Shown here piece after piece: positions 1-11,338 of a stretch of DNA of 64,000 nucleotides; the stretch's first letter is position 1; each line of letters starts with the position of its first letter. This DNA is from Podarcis filfolensis (Eukaryota): NCBI GenBank assembly GCA_964270895.1, contig OZ185435.1. One strand, 5' to 3'. Both the position numbers and the translations under genes were made by a program. The notes below the pieces were generated by a model. The model saw only the letters and a list, made by a program, of their open reading frames with translations, did not search any database and was not told the DNA's origin.

Positions 1-50
1 GCAGATGCCCTGCATACCACATACTGCATACTTGTTGAGGAAGGGAAAGG

Positions 51-230
51 CAGTGGCGTAGCGTGGGGGGTGCAGGGGGGGCCGGCCGCACCGGGCGCAA
101 CATCTGGGGTTAGGGCAAATCCATGGGTTAGGGGGCGCAAATCCACGGGTTAGGGGGCGCAAATCCACGGGTTAGAGGGCTCAAATTACTTGCCTTGCCC
201 CGGGTGCTGACAACCCACGCTACGCCACTG
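51..230. mobile_element. hAT-type MITE, 180 bp, with an internal ~22-bp tandem repeat
   Basis: Perfect 17-bp TIRs CAGTGGCGTAGCGTGGG (51-67 / 214-230); perfect 8-bp TSD GGGAAAGG (43-50, 231-238). Confidence 0.92.
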
Positions 231-1610
231 GGGAAAGGTGCTCTAAATGTATGGTGTAGGAGCAGCCAGAGAGATATTGAGCTGTATTCACAATAGCACT
301 AAAGAGAACGTTCTATCAGTGCAAGGATTTCTCCTTGTATGACCAAACATTCTCCGCTCCTCCCCCCTAAACCTGTGGCCATTTCCCCAACCTTCTGGAG
401 CAGATCTGGAGATGGCACAGGGCACACATGGTGCGGGGAGAAGAGAGGGAGACACCCTGTTGTGCTAGTGCTCATCCTTGTACAAATGCAACTGTTTAGC
501 TTCATCCTGCCAAAATCACACCCACATGAGCAGAGCCAGTTGCCGTAAGAGCTGTTACCTGCTGAAGCAAATGGCAAGGGGGTATATCTTCCACCCAGTT
601 TTTGAATGTGTACACACATCAGTGTTTGGGTATCTGAGCTTCCCTCCTACCTCAAAGTGACTCAGAATGTCACAGTCTCTTTGGTGAGTGGCAATGCTTG
701 CTTTGCGTTTGCAGGTGCTCCACAGTGTGTGTCTCCTTGACTATTTTCCTAGCAACGTTTGCATGCATCTGGGACAGGTCTGTTAAACGTAATCATTCTA
801 AAATGGAGAAAAGCTTCACTGTTTCTGTCGTATGTGGAACATCCACTTGTCTGACCTCTTTGATAGCCTTGCACAGAATAGTTTTATTGAGAGAAAAAGC
901 TACCTGCAAAGCTTCCTTTCTGCTGAGGGGAAATCTGGTTAGTTTTATAATCTGTTGGAGAAAGGGCCTACAACTGCTTGGAGGCTGAACTGAAGGAAGC
1001 CTCTTGCCTCTTTAAGCCCTTCTGAGGAAAGAGAACTGGTTTTGCCACAAGAAGCCCCACAGACCCACATACTAATCTTGGCTGTTAATAAGCTTTTACT
1101 GTTTCATTTTTATTATTTCCCAGAGAGAGGCTTAGGAATTACTTCAGCCTACTCCACAAGCAGCACAGTGAAATAATGTGTGTATTTCCCTCTTTCCTTA
1201 TTTATTACATAAAGGTGAGCTGCAGACTAATCCATCTCTATTGTGAGAGACAAACCCAGAATTGGATTAATATAATCCTTTAAAAAAGAAGGGAGACGCA
1301 TGAGGGCATTTTGCCGCCCTGCATGTGCCAATCTCTTTTAGTAAGTGGAGGTTTGGGGGGGAAATTGCCCAAGGAGCTTGTAGGGTAGGTGGGGCTCGGT
1401 AGGCTGCAAGCGCTTACTGTGTCCATTCAATGAAGGCAGCTCACTTTTGACCACATTCTGCTATCTTTTTGTTACCAAATGATTAATGTTATTACAGCTT
1501 CTTTTCTTCAGCTCACTAGAGCTGATTGCTGGATTCGTGAGGAAATGTCACATTCTTACTTCACCTTAACTCCTGTCAACTGCAGTTGTGTTGAATTCCC
1601 CTTGTTGAAT

Positions 1611-1822
1611 TTCATTATCATCATCATCATCATAAATAATTTTATTATTTATACCCTGCCCATCTGGCTGGGTTTCCCCAGCTACTCTGGGCGGCTCCCA
1701 ACAGAACACTAAAAACAGAATAAAACTTCAAACATTAAAAACTTCCCTAAACAGGGCTGCCTTCAGATGTCTTCTAAAAGTCAGATAGTTGTTTATTTCC
1801 TTGACATCTGATGGGAGGGCAC
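1611..1822 (-). mobile_element. L2-type LINE 3' end with simple-repeat tail
   Basis: Reverse complement reads ...ggggaaacccagccagatgggcagggtataaataataa; near-identical text recurs at 6320-6426 and 47522-47580. Confidence 0.75.
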
Positions 1823-4429
1823 TCCATGCTAATAGTCATCACCAACCACATTCTGTCTATACCGTGGCATCATAGTCCTCATGACTGCAAATAACATGAA
1901 TATGTGTTGGCCAAAACTTCTAGCAATGAACAAGTTGCTCAGCTTGCAGTTAACCAGCAAAATAGGAAGCCTTTTTATTTTAGAAATCTATGTCCATTTT
2001 TTGTTTGTAAAAACCCCCAGTGGCTCACAGTAAAACATATTATTAATAGCAGGTGTTCGGTGTGTGACCTTGCAGTGAATCTCTGTGAGCAAGCTGTGTT
2101 TCTCCGCATTCATAAAGTAGGGTTATCAATATTTACTTGACGTATAAGTTTTATAACAAACTGCTTAGAGTTCTATTGGCACAGAAAAATCCACAGAATG
2201 AAGTTTCTGAAAACTGAGCCCTCTGTGCCCAGAGTGGCTGATGCATCTCTTGAATACCCACCCACTAAAGAAAGCAGCGATGCTGCTAGTGACACAACAA
2301 AGTGGAATTCCACAAAGGATGTTTATGTGATTAGACAACTGCTGTGTGAGTGGGCAGAGGAAGCGCTGAATGGAAGGGATGGGTTACTAGGGCCCTTTAC
2401 AAGCTGCTATCAATTATCACCCAGCCAATCAATAAGCCACTCTTCAGAGCCCAATGGTTACTGAGCAAATCTGTTTTAAACGCAAAGCTGAAAAGGGGAG
2501 ATGGTGAAAGTGAGCAAAATATCGAACTATCCTGCTCTCCTGTTTGTTTTTTAAAGCTAGAATGAACGTCTGTAACACAGTTGGCTTCATTATGGCAGAT
2601 CTCCAGATGTCACAATTAGACGGCAGTGCTATTGCTAATTCTAAGCAGAGTATATCCACCCACCTTTTATTCTCTTCCTACTTGTGTGGAGTCGAGGTGG
2701 GCTGCAACTTGCTCTAATTTTTATGTTATCTCAGCTGCGCGGCAGGAACTGCAATAGCATTGCCCTCCTCCTCGTGCCACTGAGGTTGTGTGAAAGTCCT
2801 GGATTATGCTGGAGGAGCCAAGTAGCTAGTGCCAGCTCTGGGTTTGAGTGTGCCCTGGACACACACTTATATTGATGAGCCGATGCATGAAAGAGCAGCA
2901 AACCTAACTTTTTAAAAATTACTTTATTTTTGTGTTATGTGTGTTTGGGAGGGGTGCTTGTATGATTCTTTGCCTCAGGTACCAGAATAACTTGGCAAAA
3001 TAACCTTGGTTTGTGTGTGGGAGGGGACACTTAACTGCGCCACCTCACCGCAGGCAGAATAATGGATCAGACCACCCTTGCAAATAGACCCAGGTAAGTT
3101 GGGCTAGCATGGGTTGTGAAGGGCTTTGGTGTGTATATTATGAAGTAATGGGCCTGCTCAGCTTTGCTAAGTGAAGATCTATGACTAACTGGAGCCTCAA
3201 GTGTCTGACTGGCATGTTTGTGTATAATAAAAACATTAGGCACTAATTCTCCTCAGCATTTCCTTTGAGCTTCTGGGGAGAAGTTGATCTCAGTAATCAT
3301 GAATTCTGATATTGTTTTGAGCCATTGAGACCTAAATCTATATTACTTTGGGGGATCCCAGTGACTATGTCGTCTTGGTGGGCTCCTGCGCAAGGGTCCA
3401 TGAGCCACAGTGTGCCAACTGCAGCTGGGTGTGAATGGCATTTGTGTCACAGTCAGCCACCGCCTCAGCACTCGAGAGGGGCAACTTGAGGTGCCCGTTT
3501 CCTCATAGCCCATCTTTCATACCAGATCACTTTTCCTTCCTGCCCTTTTTCATTTCCCCCAAATGTATAAATATTCAGGAGCATGTGCGTAACTGCCATG
3601 CATGTTTGCCCTCAGACCTGTGATGGTATTCAGAATGCTGTTTTATTAAAGGCAAAGGGTTTTGTTGCCCTGGAACTCGGCCTGTCTCAGTGCCAAAGTG
3701 GAAATTGCAAAATGGGGCATTTCCATATTAATCCCCATCCCTACCCAAGACCTTTTGTCATATCAGTTCCCAGGCAGCATGTATTTGGCCTGCACATAAG
3801 AGGCGGGCAGTCCCTTGCTTGCTTCTGAAGAGATGTCTGAACTAAGTGGAAGTCGGCTCAGAAATAATAGTATTAGATGTGGCTGCCATCAAAGGCTTTT
3901 TGTTCCTTGTCCTGGCTGGATGATGCTATAATAATCTCTGCTGCCTGCGTGTGTGAAGATTTCTCTCTTAGAGGTTTGATCACACACTTGAGACAGAGAG
4001 GGAGGACACAGAGCAATATTTGGGAGAAGGCTCACGGCGTGTAGCCAAGAGCCATGCTGAGAAGCAGAGACTATAGGAGCCATTTTGCTTCCAGATAAGT
4101 GCAGGGATGTGTCGTGTATCAAGAGACCTTGAGCTTGTGGCAAAGGGCATGGCAATACCGCTATTCCACCAGCATATGGCAACTGTCTCAGGGTGAGATC
4201 ATCATCTTCACAAAGTGGGGAGTGTGGCATTGTCTCTGTTATTCAGATGTCAGGTCTGAGGAAAACGGAGTAAGATGCTTGATCAACGTCGTGCCACATG
4301 TTGGCATAAATTGGGTGGCAGCCACTGAGAATCTTGGTTCTGACAGGCCCTTGATCATTCCAGTCTCTGGCTCATCCTAAGATAATAACATTCTTGTGCA
4401 GTTCATCCTCAGAAACAGCTGCTTTTACG

Positions 4430-4590
4430 TGGAATGCAGAAAACTGCCCTACACTAGGTCAGACCATTGGTCCATCTGGTTCTCCAGGGTTTCAAACAGG
4501 AGTCTTTCCCAGATTTACCTAGAAATGACAGAGATTGAACCCATGGCCTCCTGTATGCAGTGCGTATGCTTCCACCTTGGAGCTAGCACT
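4430..4590 (-). mobile_element. tRNA-derived SINE, degraded
   Basis: Reverse-complement similarity to the copy at 10547-10733 (gaccattggtccatct, tccagggtttcaaacaggagtctttccc). Confidence 0.6.
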
Positions 4591-6255
4591 CCTCACCTCA
4601 GAGTTCTTCCATGTTCTTTGTGAGCAGCAGACTGCCGCCCTGCACACCCCATCTTCCCATGTTAGTAATACAGATCACCAGCTCTTTTACAATATATGCT
4701 CAAGGCTAACAGGAAGGTAGGAAGGCTTCGACAGAGATCTATTCCACGCTTAGCAGGTAAGTATGGTCCAACAGCCAGCAGATTGTTATAACTGCAGGTC
4801 TACAAGGAAACATTGCTGACTTTTGGACATGCTCAACCTTTCTGGGATAGTGAGAGAAGGCTCTATGGAGCCCTTCAATGGAGGGACAGAAGAAATTGTG
4901 TCTTTGCATGGGCTCACCACCCAAGCCCACAAAGCTCAAAATTTAGACTTGGAGTGAGATCAAATAGTCACTACTATGTGCTGGCTATGTCGAAACTTTC
5001 TTTGCTGCGGTTCTGTTCATATGGATATCCTGCTACCTTTAGCCTCTGACTGCATGATAAGCCGAACATCTCTATGTACACCCACACCCAGATTTTTTTA
5101 GTAATTTAGGGACCATTCTCATGTTTGGGATGGAGATGAATGGCTGGCTAGTCAGAGCCAGTTGTAAAGTGCCTGGAATACAGATAAGTATTAATGTGCT
5201 TCCATTCTTAAGCTGGTGTGGGCTGCCCACAGGGAGGGTCTGGGGAAGAGGTGAGAGATACCCTGCTGATCTCAAGCCTCAGAGGTGGTTTATGCTTCCT
5301 CTACTCTTCACTAGTTGCAGCTGGCTGAGAATTAATTCTGCCAGACTAGGAGTTTGACAAGGAGTCATTTATCACAGGCTAAGGCTTTTGTTTCCTCCTT
5401 TGAGTACCCTAATCGGCTGAGTAATTCGTCTCTGTATAATGAGGACTGGATGGCACAACCTGATTGGGGCAGGCCTGAGTCATTTCCTGCCTGCCTCCGC
5501 ATGCAAATAGGCCCCAAAGAGTCAGAGGGCACCCCATAATATCTCCTCTTCTCTTGCACACTTTCCACATACATTCTCCAAGTCTTTTTTCCTGATTTTT
5601 TTTTATCTTTTCAATGGTGTCTTTTATGTATCAGTGCTACATGTGTGCACCTATATGTTGTCTCTTGTCTTCGGAATGGATATTGTTCATTTTCCACGGT
5701 GAGTCACATTCTGCCGTGTTATATTCTCTTTGCTCTTGTCCTGAAGCCACCCTGGGATCTCTTCACATTTTGAAGCACCTACGCTCTGTTTGTCCCTGAA
5801 GTTCAGAAACTAGATTTTAGATTCTTTGTGAGATAGGATCAGGTATGAGCTGTGTCCTGGTGAGAAAGTGGAGACAGTCTTGCAAGATAGGAAGCAGCGC
5901 CAGTCAGTTAACACCATCCTGCTTGTAACACACCACTTGGGAGTGTTATTACATGCACTCAGTAAAGCGGAAGACATCCGGGGGGTTTTAATCAAGGGTA
6001 TATCCTAGCCAGCAATAGTCTACTCACTGGAAATGTAAGAACTGCATAAGAAATAGCTTTAAAACCCAACGATAAACATTTGGAAGTAAGTTCCATTGTT
6101 TCAAGGAGACATTTACTTCCAAATAATTAAACTTAGGATCACAGATTTTGCATGTTCATTCAAAACACAAGGTTTTGCATGTTTATTCAAAAGCAAGTCC
6201 CATTGATTTTATGTAAATACTCTGTGTTGACTCTAAACATATCTTGCCTCTTCAT

Positions 6256-6276
6256 GTAGTAGTAGTAGTAGTAGTA

Positions 6277-6318
<42 letters not shown>

Positions 6319-6426
6319 TACCCCACACATCTGGCTGGGTTTCCCCAACCACTCTGGGCAGCTTCCAACAAAATATTAAAAATACAATAAAACATCAAAC
6401 ATTAAAAACTTCCCTAAACAGGGCTG
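6256..6426 (-). mobile_element. L2-type 3' end with expanded (TAG)n(TAA)n tail (6256-6318)
   Basis: Shares ctggctgggtttcccca and aaacattaaaaacttccctaaacagggctg with 1660-1760. Confidence 0.75.
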
Positions 6427-6624
6427 TTGAATTTGGAGTGGGGAGGTGAGGTCAGTTTCATGTCATAGGCATAAAAAAGAAACTGCAAATACTACTTATC
6501 CTTTGACTAGTGTGCAATTCCATTTGTTATATCTCACTCATCCTCCCAAGAAATTCCTTTGATGCAGAATCTGTGGGAGGTCCTGATAGGGTTCTAACCA
6601 AATGCACATGAGGTACTACTAACC

Positions 6625-6848
6625 TGGGTGGGCTACTAGCCACAATGGCTATGCTCCTCCTCTACTGTTAGAGGCAGTATGCCTCTTAAATACCACTTGC
6701 TGGGAATTATAGGTGGGCAGAGTGCTATTGCACGCAGGTCCTGCTTGGGTGCTTCCCAACAGGCAGCTTGGTTGACCTCTGAGATCAGGTTGCTGGACTA
6801 GATGGGCCATTCTCCTGAGCCAACAGGGTTCTTCCTATATGTTCTTAT
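6625..6848 (+). mobile_element. CR1-type LINE 3' UTR remnant
   Basis: Ends gctggactagatgggccatt...tatgttcttatg; similar text at 49380-49530 and ~19930-20030. Confidence 0.7.
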
Positions 6849-7247
6849 GGTAAAGGTGCTCAAAATGATTTTTTCCTCCTCCTCTTTGTTTCTGGATATA
6901 ATACCCCCCCACCCCTGCAACTTCCCTGTCCCTACACTGTGGACTGAGGTAATTTCAATTCATTGCAAGATTCTACTTTGGAGGAGAATGATGATTTCCG
7001 TATGACATTAATGCATGAACTCCTACACCGGGTGCTGAGGTGACTTCCATGAAGCCAAACAATTTAGTGCTGCAGATAATTGATCCTGTCAAGCAGAGAG
7101 CATGTTGCGCTGGCAATAGCTAATAATAGAAATGACATTAGTACTTTCCGTTTTGTTCTCTCACCTTGGCCCTTTATGGGATTCATCCCACTTGGTGCTG
7201 AATTTGCTGTTGTTGCTTCTCCTCCTCCTCCTCCTCCCTTCTTACAG

Positions 7248-7358
7248 ACTGAAGAGCAAGGGGTTGATGGCTGGTTTTCAAAAAGACGTGGCCTTGACAG
7301 AGCTGGAAGACCCCCAAAGCCAAACGTAACCAGACATGTTCTGCCCTGGAGCGAGCAG
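7248..7358 (+). CDS. B4GALNT4: B4GALNT4 exon ~3 (stem; TEEQGVDGWF...VLPWSEQ)
   Basis: Pyrimidine tract + ttacag acceptor, CAG|gtaagc donor, 111 nt, phase 0/0. Ends in LPWxEQ just before YKG of the next exon, as in orthologs. The 5' part is poorly conserved. Confidence 0.8.
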
Positions 7359-9369
7359 GTAAGCTGAACAAAGCACATTTTCAAGGAAGGGAGGTAATCT
7401 GGAGGGGCGGGGTGGTTTGCACAGGGGAAGTTTGGAAAATGATACTAATTGTGCAGTTACCAGCTGTGTGCAAAGGTGAAATCATTGGGCACAATTCTGA
7501 TTAATAACCTTAATTAAGTCCCAGTGAAATGAATAACTGTGTAAGAGCAGTACTGACCCGCTTGCCCAGTTCCTGTTCATTTCAGTGATGCTTCAAGGAA
7601 TAGTTTCACAATGGATTGTGGCCTTTCGCTTCACGCCTACTTTGTCCTCCAAAATAGTGCACCTACAAAGGATGCTTTAAGCAGAGGCCATCTGTCTCAG
7701 GCCAGGAAATGTGAGTAGATGACCCATAAGGTCTACTTGTGCCATATGATTTTATGAAACCTAATAATAAAGCTTGAGATACCAGCCAGCAATTCCTCTC
7801 TTACAGTATTTGAACCCTTCTTGAACTGCACACTAATAACAACTGAACGCAGTTTTTAGATATTGATGCAGAGAAAATTACAGACACACATAATTAGACC
7901 AGACATCCAAGGCAGATCAGAGGCCAGTGTGCATTCACTCCATCCTGCTCCATCACATTTGGTCCAGCCCATTTCACACTGATTTCCCAGCACTGTTTTA
8001 CTTTTGTCAGTTCAGGGTAAAGCCCAGCCTGGATTGACTGACACCTGCGCCTGGGCATCTGCCTGCTTAATGCACTCATGCATTATTCAGCCAGCGTTCA
8101 GCCTGCCACCATGAAAAGCATCAGGAAGGTCCTGAAGAACTGTGGCAGGGAAGCTGTTGTTAGTGGGATGCACTGAGATGCCCGAGAGGGTAGGTGCTGA
8201 GTGATGCTTATGGGAGGAGGATGCAGTTTGATCACAGAGCCAGACCTGGGAGTTGCATCGCAAATGAGCAAATCCCACAGATCAGTAAGCACCATCAGCA
8301 GCCAGGCAAAAGAAGTCTGGGACATGCTGTGGCACATAATGGGCTTTGTTCGTTGATTTGCCAAGTGGTTAGGTCTCATTATCTGCGAGGTTTCACGGGA
8401 GGCTGGTCAGCATCCTCAGTAGCTTTGTGCAAAATAGCAACCCTGATGTACATGACACCTATTGAGTAGTCAATCCTAAAACGTTTAGCCTCTCTTTCCA
8501 AAGAAGGTTCCCCGATGGCTGTGGGGAAGATCGTTTACTACAGACTGGTGGTGCAATGCATACCAGTTGGGGGGCTGCATGGTGCCTTCTTCAGCTGCCC
8601 CATTGGAAGGGAAATCCCTCCCCCTCTCATGATATCCTTCCCAGCAGCTTCTGTTTTCCTCAGCTCCCGTGGATTAGTTAAGCACCATTGACTTCACTAA
8701 AGTGGCACATCTGCACCAGCTGATGATCCAGCCCTCCATTTGAAGCGCACAACAATGCCCAGAGGGAGCAGCAGCTGAGATGTGCCAGATTTTGATCCAC
8801 AGACTTGAATCTAGGAAGCGGGGGTGGTCATTAATCACTGTTTGAATGAGGACTCTGTTGTGATTATGGAGAGGAAGATTAAGAGAGTATTGCTATTAGG
8901 AGAGGAGCGGGCCCTTGTTAGCATCTCAGAAAGCTGTAGGCTCAGAAGTTACTATAGAGAAATTTGCATCTTATCCTCATAATGATGAGCTGTTTACTGT
9001 AGCCCTCCCTGTACCTCTCAGGTGTTGACGCTGCATGAGATACCAGAATTTTTGGAGTCCGGTGTTAGCAGTCCCATGCTGTATAGGGAAAGTTTGTGGT
9101 TGCCACAGAATTTCTTTGCCAGGAGTATAGAGCAAGGTTGGAAAAATCTCTGGCCATAGCTAGCTCTGTATACTGGCTGGGCTTAGAATACCCGAGAAAC
9201 TCCTGTCCCGTATGATGTTCCACGTTCACCACAGTCATCTAGAGAGACCACACTTTGTTACCTTTAATTGTTACAAGAAGCAGGGCTTTCTCTGAGTTGA
9301 CACCAAACCTCTGGAACTTCATTTAGAGACTATAAGTAATGCTATGATTATTATTTTTTAGTTCAAGCC

Positions 9370-9498
9370 CAGGCTTCCCCAACCAGGTGCCCTCCAGATG
9401 CTGCTGGACTACATTCTTGACCATTGGACGTGCTGGCTTGGGCTGATGGGAGTTGTAGTCTTAACAACATCCGGAGGGCACCAGGTTGGGGAAGGCTG
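9370..9498. mobile_element. ~130-bp palindromic hAT-type MITE
   Basis: Arms 9370-9413 and 9454-9498 are largely complementary; flanks TTCAAGCC / ATCAAGAC look like a decayed 8-bp TSD (6/8). Confidence 0.8.
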
Positions 9499-10104
9499 AT
9501 CAAGACCTTTGTACTTCACCAGGCACATACTTGAGGAAACTGACTCATTTAAGATGACTTGATTATATTGATCCATAAGTTAGAAATTTAAATGTTTTAG
9601 TTGTTGTGAATTGCCGTGGAAGGTTATTGTGGGGTAGGATAGAAACCTACAATTTTAAAATGGTAGAACTATAGGCCTATTACAGGAACTGAAGTGTTTT
9701 GGCTCACGTGGTCCCTCCTTAAGAGGCTGGAGTATGACCTTGCTCTCTATCTCTCAGGTGGATATCTGTAAATGGATGCCTAAACAGTTGCTGCTGGGTT
9801 ACTGATACCTGCAGGTGGTGCTGTGAAGTAGCCCATACCAAAATTGTGCCACCACAATTGTGCTAGATGGTTTGAAACATAGTCTACACAGCAAGGAGCC
9901 ATTCCTGATCTCAGCATTTGCTATTCACGTCAGGCTTGAAACATCAAATGACACATGCATATGTGACTGTCTAGTCCTACTGGTAGAAAGGACTGTGCCA
10001 CCTCAGAAGGCTCACAAGAGATCATTTATTTGACAATGCCCCTGTATTAAATTATCCTTGTGTTTGTAAAAACAGAGAAGGCTTCTAGCATTAGCCTTCC
10101 CCCG

Positions 10105-10250
10105 ACATACTATTTGTTATTTATTATTATATTTATTGAATTTATATATTGCCCTATACCCAGATGTCTCAAGGCGGTTCACAGAACAAAATCAAAATAT
10201 AAAACCACAAAATAGATAATCAAAATAAAAACAACCCAATAATACCCCTC
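10105..10250 (-). mobile_element. LINE (L2-like) 3' end
   Basis: ttattattatatttattgaatttatatattgccct...gtctcaaggcggttcaca, the usual L2 terminus in reverse. Confidence 0.55.
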
Positions 10251-10546
10251 CATTGGATGCACACAAGCATGTGTACCAACCTTGCATTTCCATAGGTAAA
10301 TTAGTTTGCCCACAATTACACTTTACTCGTAAGGGCTCCAGCCTATAGTTTCAAGCAGCAGGATGGCACAGCTACTCAGTAGTAGACCTATTCATGAATA
10401 AAGGCCCCAGCCTGCCTTTTACCCTTCTTTGTATCTTGTGTTCCCCTAATTATTCCTGCATTGTACTTTGCACTTGAGTACTGCAAATGTGCAAGGAATG
10501 TGCACAGAATATGTTGCTTGATCAGAGGCAAAGCAAGTGTTTGGAG

Positions 10547-10733
10547 GAAGGGCCACAGCTCAATGGAAGAGCAACTGTTTTGAGTGCAGAAGGTTCTAGG
10601 TTCCATTCCTAGCATCTCCAGGTAGAGCTGGGAACTGTCTGAAACCCAGGAAGAGCACCTGCCAGTTGGTGTAAACACTCCTGAGCTAGATGGACCAATG
10701 TTCTGACTCTGTATAAGACTGCTTCCAATGTTC
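10547..10733 (+). mobile_element. tRNA-derived SINE (squamate family, name not assigned)
   Basis: tRNA-like head (gggccacagctcaatggaagagc...ggttctaggttccattcctagcatctcca) and body ending gagctagatggaccaatg..ctgact; several partial copies in the window. Confidence 0.75.
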
Positions 10734-11260
10734 TGTGAACATCTCAGAGCAGTCTAGAAAGCCTGGCATCCAAGAGAGAACCTTTTCATTAAGAAATGGC
10801 TGCACTGCAAGTGTATTTCTATATATTCATTGCACTACCATGTTCTGTGAACCAGTCCCATGTTATGCTTTGCCCTGCTGAAAGGGTGGCCAATAGTAAT
10901 AATGGGGGGGAAATAAGTATATTGAGCGTACGAAGTCAATTAATTAGATGATTGTGCTTAACCACTAGAATAAGCCTCAGAGGGCTGGAAAAAAAATAAT
11001 GAGAAAGAAATTAAGAAATAATGAGAGAGAGAGATACGGGCAAAAGAAGAGCAGCCTGCCAGAAATGGGGCATCTCTTCACTACAAACTTAAACCAAGTA
11101 AAATGCCACAGATCTCCACTCCCAAGAAATCCTGGGAATCATAGATCTGTGGGTGGGTGGGGTTAATATTATCTAACAGTGAATTCTCAACATTCTAACA
11201 AAGCTATGGTTCTCACGAGTCTTTGAGGATGCCATAAGAAAGAGCTTTAAAACCAGCTTA

Positions 11261-11338
11261 GACAGAAGTGCCTGGCGTGCTCTGGTCCATGGCGTCACGA
11301 AGAGTCGGACCCAACTAAACGACCAAACAACAACAACA
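11261..11338 (+). mobile_element. Bov-B (RTE) LINE, extreme 3' end, ~78 bp
   Basis: gcctggcgtgctctggtccatggcgtcacgaagagtcggac...aaacaacaacaaca matches the recalled Bov-B terminus with a (CAA)n tail. Confidence 0.85.

Noticed and set aside
2198-2464. Candidate B4GALNT4 exon 2 (PTKESSDAAS...)
   Set aside because: The ESS similarity is superficial. The frame required by the cccag acceptor does not give the ortholog peptide and there is no good donor.
3889-4230. Minus-strand ORF faintly resembling a Gypsy RT start (LRQLPY)
   Set aside because: Similarity too weak without a search; no downstream RT motifs visible.
6989-7042. ATGATGA...CTGA C/D-box snoRNA-like pair (also ~50368-50415)
   Set aside because: Too short, with no terminal stem or recognisable guide.
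10547-10625. tRNA-like sequence
   Set aside because: SINE head; no full cloverleaf, and it continues into the SINE body.
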